Of a stretch of 56,152 nucleotides of DNA, positions 38,855 to 49,274 are shown one piece after another; position 1 is the first letter of the stretch, and the number at the start of each line of letters is the position of its first letter. Under the pieces are notes generated by a model. That model was not told where the DNA came from and did not search any database. It worked only from the letters and a program-made list of their open reading frames with translations. Made by a program: the position numbers and the translations under genes. The DNA is taken from contig JAYWIR010000034.1 of assembly GCA_036172245.1 (NCBI GenBank), positions 2,294,001-2,350,152 on the forward strand, written 5' to 3'. Source of the DNA: Raillietiella orientalis. Its lineage: Eukaryota.

Positions 38855-40937
38855 GTCTGCAGGAGCAGGACCCGACACGAGGGCGGCAGTGGGGCGCCGC
38901 CCATGGCACGTGATGAAGGCGCATGTGACAGGGCCGGCAGCAATGCAAGTGCGCGCTCGCCAGCAGCCGGTTGCCTAAGCGAACATTGCGGTTCGCAGAA
39001 GGAAAAGCAAGCGGATGCAGAACGGACCTTGTCGGAGTCTTGCGGCGACGAGCGTGAGGCTCCCCGTCGCTCGATCGAACCCTGTGGAGCTCGTGGTCTT
39101 CCTGCATGGTGGTTGCGGAGCGCCAAGGCAGAGTAGGCGACCCTCAGGGTCTTTCGTAGTTTCATCATCCATCGGCAGCTGGCCGCGAACAGGCTCCTGC
39201 TTCTCCCTCCGTTTGTCGGAGCCTTCCGAGAGTTCATACGGTTTTACAGGAGCGTACTCTTTCCGCAGTCCCAGGACGCAGGACGACTCTGGGAGCAGCG
39301 GTTCGAAGTCAGGGCGAACAGACGGTACCACTCGGTCCGCCCATGGAACGGACGAAGCTGCCCAATTGGGCACGCCCTCTGTGCCCCTTCCTTCGGGCGA
39401 GGACTTTAGCCGAGTGAGGAAAGACGGCCGCATTGAAGGAGGAGAAGCGCCGCTGGAGCAGTTCGCTGCCGTCACACGTGAAAGGACCGGCTTCCGATAA
39501 GGACAGGATGCCAGGCTATCTTTCCCTCCGATCCGCGGAGGCTCTGAATTCCCTGTGGAGCCAATGGCGCGGCGTGGATCCAAAAAGGAGGCGTAATGCG
39601 CGGTTCACTGCCGTCCGCCCGAGCGACGGCGCTACCCATGCACGCGAAGACTCCGAAGGAGCAATTGAGTCCTCCCACGAACGTGGACGCTAGCGCGCGA
39701 AGAGGCGTCCAGTTCACTCGTGGTGATCTCCGTGCCCTGCGCTCCTTGAGATGGCGGCGCAACTCTCCGTCAGTCCTGAGGACGCCGGGGCCGTTGGCGG
39801 TTCCAGCGTGCACACCAGCATCTCTTTATCACGGAGGTGGTTCTCGAGGCAGCAGAGAGCCACAGACCAGAGGTGCCTTCGGAGAGGTCGGTGGAAAGAA
39901 AGGGAGGCCTCGGCTCACTCCATCAACTCTGGTAAACTTGGGGGGACGTTTCTCTTCTGTAGTTGACGCCAGCTGGCGCAGCCCCGGGTCTGTCCTTTTC
40001 CCGCGCCTCCTTTGCTTGCCCTGCCGCTGCGCTGGTTCGAACTTCTTTCGAAACCCCCACTTATGTGGTCAGTCGGATATTCGTGCCAGAGCCGCAAACT
40101 GCTGCGGCGTGAGACGTCCGAGCGGACACCGAGCGAATGTGTAGTTTCCATGGCAATGGCGTCGACTGCAGCTCTCCTGTTCCACGGTGGTGGCAGTGCA
40201 TGCAGGCGACCGGCTTCTATAGAGGTAGCAGCAGCAGCCGTGCATCCCGGAGGCATCGGGCGACACGTAATTTGAGGGCTTCCTTGAAGGAATGGGAGTC
40301 AAGTGGCGAGTAGCAATCTCGTTTTTTCGTAGCGCTTCCTCGAGGCTGCCGTTCGACATGTGTGCTGGTCGCGGAGCAATGTTCCGCCCTGCCGACCGAG
40401 GAGAATCCCTGGAGTCAGACTGACCGAGGAGGTCGCCCCCGTGCGTATTTGTTCTCCAGCTGCAGCCTGCTTACTGCGTGAGGATGGCACATTTTGGATT
40501 CGGATCGAAGGTCAATCCTAAGCGAGTGCGACCTTCTCCCTTAATTTGCGTTTCTTTTATTTGATGGAAAGAATTCCAATACTTGCGAGGTCAGTGTTCC
40601 GTGTTTCGTCGCTTATTTGACCATGGCTGCTTATTGCCTTCGAGCTGATTTTGCGTGCCAAACTCGGAATGCGTCTCTTTGGCAGATGATTTATGAGGAA
40701 AGCGCAGTTGCTATTTCCTTATTTGCCGAGTTCTTGGTTCTGGCTGCCGTATCCTGGATTCTTCATGTTCTTCATCTAGGATAGGGCTGCATCTTGATGG
40801 CAGATTTGAGTTGAGGGACGATGGACCTAGCTTGAGCGGGATAGCTGCGTTGAGGATTGCGTCCTCGCTGTCCTCGTTGCTCACTGAGCTGTCGGCAGCT
40901 CCGATACGTAGAATTTTAAAGTTTGTCTTCTGCTTCG

Positions 40938-40980
40938 GAACTTTCGGTCGGTTCCGTGATTTTGACGTGACCGAAAGTTC
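40938..40980. repeat. Perfect 12-bp inverted repeat (19-nt loop)
   Basis: GAACTTTCGGTC ... GACCGAAAGTTC, followed by GGCTCTTTTT. Confidence 0.9.
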
Positions 40981-41169
40981 GGCTCTTTTTCAGCCAAGCC
41001 CCCAGATATTTTCAATGCCTAATTAGCGCACTTAAACACATTTGGTTCCTTCTGTTTTGCTCCTTGTATTTTCTTAAGGGTGAAGCCTTCTAACTCGTCA
41101 AGGAGTCAGCTTCTCGAAGCTCAGGGATCGTATTTTCGATCTTGAGCAACTCTAAGAGGTGGATTTGCC

Positions 41170-41224
41170 CATTATCAACTATCCTGATGCAGCTGCATGC
41201 ACTGCATCAGGATAGTTGATAATG
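41170..41224. repeat. Perfect 23-bp inverted repeat (9-nt loop)
   Basis: CATTATCAACTATCCTGATGCAG-CTGCATGCA-CTGCATCAGGATAGTTGATAATG. Confidence 0.97.
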
Positions 41225-41364
41225 CTGCATGCACTACTTGAGATGGCAAAATCCCCAGCACTGCAAGCAGCCTCCCAGCTGCAACGCACTTGCAACCGTC
41301 CGCAATCCTGCTGCCTTATGCGACAAGACGCATGGTCAGTGAACGGAGGCGCGAAGAGCCCGAT

Positions 41365-41433
41365 AAACTGAATCGTAGATGGAAAGATCTGGACACGTTC
41401 AGCTTCCAAGATACTCAAAGGCTGCGGTATCAG
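41365..41433 (+). pseudogene. Death-domain-like remnant
   Basis: KLNRRWKDLDTFSFQDTQ resembles KLG..WKDLA..LGF.D.Q. Confidence 0.28.
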
Positions 41434-42229
41434 CAAGTCTGGGGAAGTGCATTCTGCCTGCATGCGTGTTCCACAAGTTTCGCTCGACATGCAACTGATT
41501 CATACAAGCTTTGGTGCTTTGATTCGTACGGGAGTCTTCAGCGCTGATTGTGAGCCAGTTCGTCCATCCAGGGAAAGCATTGCACTTACCAGATACTGCA
41601 GCTGGCTCTCCTACTTCCTTGAATTCTTTCCCTTCGGCTGGTTGATAACTTCACGATTCCTTTGTTCTGCAATTCGGCGAAAGCCGTGGATCTCAATAAC
41701 GGTAATATAACTTACGTTGTAGCAGATGAGAAAGTGACTGGACTAGCTCATCGGCATTCATATCGTAGGCTCTGGATTGAGAACTTGTAAAGTACATTAA
41801 AGCCGGCTGCAAATCCCAATTCCTGGTGCGCTAATACCTCACGTGGTGCCCATTAATTGACATGATAAGGTATACGTTAATGTGACATGCCTTAAATTGG
41901 GGCAGTTGATCCTAGTAGGTTTCATTCTGATCCTAGATCGAATTCAGCATGTAAACGTTGTTTCCATGCGAAGCAAAACGACAGTTTCTTGTTACCTGAG
42001 CGCCGGTTAATCACCCGGGCAATTCACTCATATCAGTTTGCATGAAACCGTTAGGCTTCCATCAGAAAGCAGCAGCAGCAGCCGAACACCACCACGCATC
42101 GCTCTCAGCACAAAGCTCATAAACACAGAAGGGGCGAGGGGAAAAATTATCTGAATTCTCATCTCCGACTTCAATCTCCTTCATTTCATTTTAGGAAGAT
42201 TCCAGTGAAACATCTATTTGTTCCCAAGC

Positions 42230-42520
42230 AAAGATGAGGATTATGAATTTCTCACGTACTGAAGATGACTGAATAGAGTCAAGAAGGTCCACAGCTTTAT
42301 AGGGTGTGCAGCAGCGAATCGGCAGTCTTCGATGCGTTCCCAAGTGCGTAAAACCAGAAGATTCCGGCATTTGAATTACTGATCTCAACAGACGACCTGG
42401 AAAGCTGCTCAAAGCACCAGGACCACTAACTGCTGTGAATCTCTGATCACGCTGATGCAGATGCAACTGTCTGTTGCTGGACCTCTTTTAGTTGTGTTTC
42501 GGGTCCGGTGATGTGATGTA
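42230..42520 (-). pseudogene. Second NB-ARC/STAND ATPase relic
   Basis: HITGPETQLKEVQQQ (cf. FTGRE..L..I...L), then a frameshift to QRFTAVSGPGALSS (cf. AVSG.GG.GKS). KFIILIF follows downstream. Confidence 0.4.
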
Positions 42521-43226
42521 GGCTGTGAATCAGAACACGAGCTTCTGCTAATATGTCTGAATTCATGACACCTTACGAAACTGAACGGCTAGGGTGACGA
42601 GACACCAGCGAGGTCGAAGATGATCAACAGATGTCTAAAAAAGATGTTGTTAGAACAAAAGGAGAAAAAAAGTTGAAATGAAATGTATGGAATTTTGTGT
42701 ATGGAATGGTACATGTGAAAATGGAAACGCAACTACCCCTTCGAGTCCTAAAGATTCCAATGAAGTAAGTATATATCTACTCCATTCATGGAATATTATG
42801 TACTTGTTAATGTTGTATGAATTTCCGTTCAAATAAAGCGAATCTGAATTTTTAGTGCTAAGATATTATGGTAAATGTGATTTTATGATATGATAGATAA
42901 TTACGATAAGTGTTCTGTAAGATGTCAGATGCAAATGAGCTGACTGAATAGGAATTTATTAAATAAATATTTTCAACTGCATGAAACCAAATGTATAATC
43001 TTTTATACAGAAATTTGGTTCTACGCCAATTTCTCTGCTTTTCTCGGGTCGATCTCCAAGGCATCTTAATGGATCCACGAATGAGTAGCACTCGTGCACC
43101 CTGAGATGAAGATCAACAAGCTTCCTTTCGATTCTTTCATTTTGTTGCCTTCTTTGCTTTACAAAGGTGCAGTCGGTCTCATCTTTACATGAACCATTAG
43201 CGGAAGGGAAGATACGTCTGGAATTC

Positions 43227-43330
43227 TTGCGAATCGCTCTAATTACATGAAAACGCAAATCGAGCGAGTTCTCGAGACATGGGTCGGGGAAACTGTTCTT
43301 CTTCGGTGCACTGGCAGCTGCTGCGGAGAT
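43227..43330 (-). mobile_element. Possible MULE transposase relic
   Basis: SAAAASAPKKNSFPD...LRFHVIRAIRKN resembles A...A....FP......C.FH..QAI.RK. Confidence 0.25.
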
Positions 43331-44068
43331 GACCTCGCTCGACTTGACACGGAACATCCTTCCTGTGTCTTTTTTTTTGGCTTGCTTGCTTTCGGATTTT
43401 CATAAGGAAATCATCGGAGAAAATCGCAGTATTGGAAATTTAAATATAAAAGGCACTCAGGGGTGCCACTGCATGAATTTCAGTGTGGGTCTCAGAGTCC
43501 AGTTCTTGAACACAAGAATTCCAAGAACAGACGCTCCACGAAATTAAAACTTTCGTTATGCTATTGGATTTTTTTCAAGTCTACAGATACGATTCCTCTG
43601 CATGGAAAGCACACACCAGGATGTATCTGTAAAGGCATTCGGATAGGCAGATGGATGCACATGGCATTCTGAGTCCTGAGAAAGATGGGCATTCGCAGCG
43701 TCTCTTTTAATTATTCAGAATGCGGTCGTACTCGAGGTTATAAACAATAAGCAAGCCATGAAGCAGAACGGTTGAAGGCAGATGAAGATGCAATCGGAAT
43801 TCGAAACACACCGACATCCCTCTGGTTCACAACGTCATGGGAAGAAAAAAATCTTCCGTTGGAAGTCGGCACTTTGTATGGCAACCAGACGCGGACCACT
43901 CCGGGTTCTGAATGCAGTCATGGCAGTCAAAGGCAGCAACACGTAATGATTTCGCTGTTTCTTCAGACCTCTGTCACTTTGATTGCGGTACTTGCCTCCA
44001 CTGCCACTTAATTCTCCTCGAATTACGACTTCCATCAATTTTGTTTTGTTTTGTCCTTTTCATCGCAC

Positions 44069-44128
44069 TTGAGACGAATTTCTCGCAGATTCCGCTCAAC
44101 ATGGCCAAATAACTCAGGGAGTCTGGGC
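44069..44128 (+). pseudogene. Death-domain helices 1-2 remnant
   Basis: LRRISRRFRSTWPNNSGSLG keeps the spacing of L..IA..LG..W..LA..LG. Confidence 0.38.
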
Positions 44129-44680
44129 TCACATCGCAACCGGAAGAGTGGAAAGGTGAGAGTATCGTTAAACATCCGGCGCATCTTGTGCAGCTGCCTC
44201 GTGCCAGCTCTCCAATCAATACGCTGCTGGATCCACGCCACATTCAGCCAAAGCTCCTCGGAGCAAAGAAAGGAAACAAAGAAATTTCAGACAACCCTTT
44301 CCTTCATTAGGAGCGAGAAAAGAAGATGGCGGTAATGCAGACGCAGGAGCAGCAAGGCAGCGGAATGCCATCAACTGCTTCCACCTTTCACGGGATGCTC
44401 GGGCACAGTTCATGGAGCATGGTCTTGCTTGACCATGTTTCCGATACAAGGCCCTCCCACTGTGCTTGGTCCGGGGTGCATTTTCCCCGTAAACCGGACT
44501 TGGAACTTCTCTCTGAGCTGAGACCCAACGAGATGTTCACCCGACCATCTGCACTTTCCGATCTATCTTTGAAAAGGATGTCAACCCTGCGCACAAGAGA
44601 ACTTGGAATCACCAGGAAACTTTCTGCGAGAAGAGAAAGATCTCGGAAACGAAATCGAGTTGGAAAACACGATCAGGGAA

Positions 44681-44806
44681 ACCGGCATTTCGGACTACGA
44701 ACAAGAGATGGCACCCAACAGGAGTTGCGACGTGGGAGGGCAGCTGATTGCATGGCTCCAGGAAAAAAACGCAACTGTGCAGCTCAAAGAACGACCGATT
44801 GAAAAA
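44681..44806 (+). pseudogene. Death-domain C-terminal half remnant
   Basis: TGISDYEQE...QLIAWLQEKNATVQL resembles LGI.D.EI....L..W.....ATV..L. Confidence 0.45.
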
Positions 44807-44867
44807 GCTGCTGAAGAGTGGCTGCAGTCTTGAGGATTTGAAAGACTTGTTTTCGTCTTCGCGAACT

Positions 44868-44911
44868 GTGTGCGGGAAAGCATTTGCTCAAAGAGACGCA
44901 GCTTGGACCAT
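44868..44911 (+). pseudogene. C2H2 zinc finger fragment
   Basis: VCGKAFAQR, then after a frameshift SLDH. Confidence 0.38.
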
Positions 44912-45338
44912 TCTGCTTGCAACACAAAAGCTGGTAACGCGAAACGAGGTCACTTTTTTTCAGAGTTCATGAAGATATCCTCGTGTCCTGGACAACCTCA
45001 CAATAATTCAGAGCAAGTGCATCCGATGCATGAGGTATGGGAATTCACATTAGTGGATGTTGTGCTTATTGGGTTGTAGGACAGTAAACCAGGGCTGAGA
45101 TTTAAAAAAAAATGGCCCCCTCACAGGGTTTTATTAGATCTTTCCAGCGTCTATTAACATTGCACGCTTTTCACAGTGCCTTTGGATAATAAAAAAGAAA
45201 AAATGAATTCATTCCCAACAACCGAAAAATAGGGCCCTGAATGCTCTGAAAGCATTGCATTCATGGATCTGATCTTTTAGTGAAACCAATGCCAAAGGGC
45301 GGGCACGATACTAATAAACAGAGTACCCAAACAATGAG

Positions 45339-45435
45339 GGATGGGAAGAGTTGTGGAGACTTCTAGAAGGCTGGAGATGAACGAACTCAGCACAGCAGGG
45401 CTAAGTTCGTTCATCAACTGGAAGGGAAAAGAATA
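45339..45435 (+). pseudogene. Death-domain-like remnant
   Basis: WEELWRLL, then in a shifted frame ELSTAGLSSFINWKGKE. Confidence 0.25.
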
Positions 45436-46621
45436 TTCCGAATTCGTAGTGGACAAAGAGAAACAGACTGAGCTGTGGACGCTCAACTAGAAACTACGAG
45501 AGCATTCAGAGATGCCTTAATCAGTTTGCTAGTCTGCAACAACCTGTCATTCATTCTATGCTGCAGCATCTATTGGTCGCGCTCTCCAATTGATTTAGAT
45601 GGAACGGATGTTTCAGGTGTTCGTGAAAGTGGCTAATCACGTGACTTCATCTAGTAATCGAACGCTAATGAATTTTGGCTTGTGAGAAAATCTCATCTCC
45701 TGGAGAAACGCTCTCAGAATGCGAAAACCCCAGTAATCACTTGAATGAATTGAGGTGCGCTGCGAACAAGGAAGGACATGTTGCTTTTATGAGCATTTTT
45801 GAGAAACACACCGAATGAGGAATCCGATAATGGGGCACTGCTCCAGCAATGAATGGAAATGAATGGAAAAGTTTTTCAGCCTCAATGAATAGAAGCGGAG
45901 AAAAAGTCACATAAGGAAAAAAAGTCTTCGTTGATCTTCAATGAGGAATTGTGATTCTCTTCAGAGCACATGACGGGAATAGTGGAAGTGTGAGCGAAAG
46001 CTCAGTTTGCAATGGCAGCTCTTTCCGTCCAAGGTTTTCATACAAGTTGCAATCCTTGGACTCTTCAGGCGATGAAAATTCTGTTCCAAGGAATGCAGTC
46101 GATGAATGCTTTAGATGACTCGAGTTTTTAGCAAGAAGGTAACGAAAAAGTTCTCCATGCAAGAGTTGCCGAGTCATTTACTCAAGCTGATATTTCCCAT
46201 GAAAGTGCTTTCCATTTTGCAGAGGGCATGGTGAATTCACTCAAATCCCTGTGGTTCTTGTGCTTCTATAAATAAGGGTGAATGAGTGGAAGGTCGAAAT
46301 GCGCTCTCACAATTTTCAAACAGATGAAAGTATAGAAAACGAAAATGCTCAACAGGAAGGTGGCTTGACTCAAGGGCAACTGAAATTTCATGGCAGTTCA
46401 GTGAGTGATCCTGAATGATCCTTAACCCATAGGACTGAGCCTTCGTTTTTTATCTCTCAGGAAGAAACGCTCAGGAAATCATCCCTATTTCGTTCCGAAA
46501 GAGGAATTCTAGGACACCATATCAAGCTTGTGTAATATACTGACATGACGGGAATAAGAATATCGTACAACATTGATGATGTAGTAATGTCGATTTTTTG
46601 CCATTTGCTTACTCGTAAAAA

Positions 46622-46720
46622 ATAGTTTCTCATGAATAAAGGGAAGGAGGAAGTTCTGAAGCCTCCTGAATTCCGAAGCCATGTGAGGGCAGCTCCGAAA
46701 ATTTTTTCATGGCAGTCATT
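46622..46720 (-). pseudogene. BACK domain (BTB-kelch family) fragment
   Basis: NDCHEKIFGAALTWLRNSGGFRTSSFPLFMRNY resembles N...E..VF.A.L.WL.H....R....P.LL..V. Confidence 0.5.
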
Positions 46721-47480
46721 TATTCTTCGCAAAGTCCGATACAGGACAGATTGTTTCTTGAGAAGCATAATCTACTTTAGAATGGAGAATAAATCATGGA
46801 AAGCTTTCAGAAAAAGCGCCTATCTGATTAGAAGGGGTGGTCCTTCCCCGTTGGTATGGGAACATGCTAAGCCCCACAAGAACAAGCACACATATATCAT
46901 GCAATGCATACTCAGATTTGGAGGATGTAAGTTTATGCAACAACCAACACAAGTAGCTACTTGAATTCTCGATTACCCCCTCCTCATCCTCACTCAGTAA
47001 TCATCTCACACTTGAGATCAAATCCTTGTCTGTTAACATGCGAGGCTTAGAAAGGACACGTTATCCGCCTCTTAAAAACATGGCATTAATGATTTCCTGC
47101 AAAGAAAGATATAGTTGTCGAGAAGAACGAAATCCAAATGACGGTTCATGTAACCGGAATATTCGTGGATGCTGCGCTGTTTGCTCAGCAGTCAATAAGC
47201 AGCAGCATCATGCAGTCAGGGGTGTCAACCATTTTAGAATATTCTCTCTGCCGTACTCTCTGAGCTCAAATAAAAAGGAACAAAAGATCTCAGTTGATTC
47301 GCTCAGCACCTATCTTTCAAAGTAAATGGCACTCATCTCGTGAAATTCACTTTACCCTCTGAAAAGTGTTTGTTTACGATTGTTTGGGTTTCTATAATAA
47401 TAATCCAATCTCACTAATTCCTAAAAGAAGAAGAAGAAAAAAAGCATCTGCATGAAGCTTTGGAGAGAAAAGTTGAATTT

Positions 47481-47680
47481 CCTAAGTTTACTCAACACGA
47501 ACTTTACTCTCTCTTGGAATTAGTAGGCATTCATGAAAGTGACTTTTTCTTCGGAGGTGTTGAGAAATTGTATCAAATCATTGGATGGGTAGCTTTGAAG
47601 ATGACGTCACGCTCTCAGAAGATGGCAACCTTGCCCAAGATAATGTTAAGAAGTGTCTGCACAAGGTCTGAAGAACGACC
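47481..47680 (+). mobile_element. Myb/SANT-like DNA-binding domain relic (PIF/Harbinger-associated type)
   Basis: PKFTQHELYSLLELVGIHESDFF ... GWVAL ... CTRS resembles NFT..E...LL.LV..H ... AW..I ... R(T/S). Confidence 0.45.
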
Positions 47681-48254
47681 GCTTCCTCATAGTCAAACTT
47701 CCCGTTTCGGTCAAATGAGTCAGAAAATTGTGAGCATCCCACATTCTCAGACTTCATCGATATGTAATGTAAATGCATAACGTTTTCGGCAAACCAAGAA
47801 TCAGATTCCGGTTTTTATCAGTTGGGCAACTTAGCACGAAGCATTTTTTCCCCTTTACAAAGTTTGGGGAAAGCTCCTTTCATACCAGAGTAATTTCAAT
47901 TCACTCTTATCTCACAGAACATCGAGAACAAGAAGAGCATTGTGGAAAACTCTTGCAGAAAAGAAAAGAAAAGAGATGGAAAGGAAAGAAGCATGGCACC
48001 TCCAACTGTTTACCTAGAGCTGGAGAATTGAACGTTCAAAGTGACCGAATACGAATGTCCGAGCTTAAGATGTCCAAGTCAGGTGGGTGAAAAGGCCAGC
48101 AGCTCTAGTCGAATAGACACTTTTCCGTGGAAGGTCACCACGATTTGTTTCCATTCTCAAACAGATTCTTTTCTTCGAGTCACAATCTGTCCCGTATCGA
48201 ACTTTTCCATGAACAAGTGACTGCCATTGGGAAAATTTCTCGAAACGTCACCCT

Positions 48255-48304
48255 CACGGTCTCGAAATAAATAATGAAATTATTTATTTCCTGAGAGACC
48301 CGTG
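48255..48304. repeat. Hairpin: perfect 12-bp AT-rich stem with a GAA loop, plus an imperfect GC-rich extension
   Basis: CACGGTCTC-GAAATAAATAAT-GAA-ATTATTTATTTC-CTGA-GAGACCCGTG. Confidence 0.85.
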
Positions 48305-49157
48305 TACATCCCGCTGTATATTTCCGTGTACTCCTCCTCTGCGTATCTGCTCGTTCTCTCGGTCTCATTAAAACCGTTGATTCCATTAATTACCCTGAGC
48401 TCCCCAGTTCATTTAATTTTTCCTCTGTTTAGTAGTTCATTGAAGATGAATCAAGAATGTATCGAAAAGATGCTCGATTTATCAGGAACTCCGCTTGAGA
48501 AATTTCGTCTGCATCTGGCGGAAATCCCTCTTCACGCAATGTGCAGCTCGTGCCCAACTCTCTGTGATAGCCCGATGTTGTCACTCCAAAGGAATGTTTA
48601 GTTTCTGCATGAGGTTCTATTCGTGAGTCATCATTCCATCTATTACCTCGTCATCAGGGATCACAGATTCATATTTTCATTGAACTGGTTGCTGTGGTCC
48701 AGATCGGATTTTCCGTCCGTGCATCATGAACTAAGGCATTTCTTTCCTTGGTTCCTTCCGATGGAAGATTGCAAGAGACCGTCAACGTTTAACAAACAGA
48801 CGATCGCTTCAGTGAAAAAGCATTCATTAGCAAATGATGGCTCCCACTCCAGATTCTCTGAAGCTGCTTTTCAAAAAGCGAGATAAGAAGAACCTGGATA
48901 AGCTAAATATAGAGTGCTTGGGTGATTCAATACAATAGAAATATGTGCGCAACGAATTTAAATTGGATTTGTTTTTGCAGAAGGGAAGTGTCTTCCTGAT
49001 TGCAGCCAATTTTTTCTCTTCAGAAATAGATACTGCAATCTTTTTCGGATTATTGCTTACAGTGTACATTGCAACCGTTGTTTACTGTATTTTGGAACAC
49101 ATAAAAATGAGCGTTTCTCGAGGAATAAGCCAACGTTAATTCCGGGAGATGTCATCT

Positions 49158-49274
49158 GTTCCAGTCTTTACGAAAAGCATGGTAAGACACACGTCCTTGA
49201 GATTGAATGTTAAGAGAGTGTGGACCCGAAACTTGCTCTTCGAACCATGCTTCCTGACGAACTTACATAATTTC
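49158..49274 (-). mobile_element. LINE APE-type endonuclease relic
   Basis: EIM*VRQEAWFEEQVSGPHSLNIQ....YHAFRKDWN resembles DII...ETW.......L.I.GY..FRKDR. Confidence 0.5.

Noticed and set aside
39080..39115. Alpha/beta hydrolase-like VVFLHGG
   Set aside because: An isolated 7-residue match in a GC-rich TE-like block.
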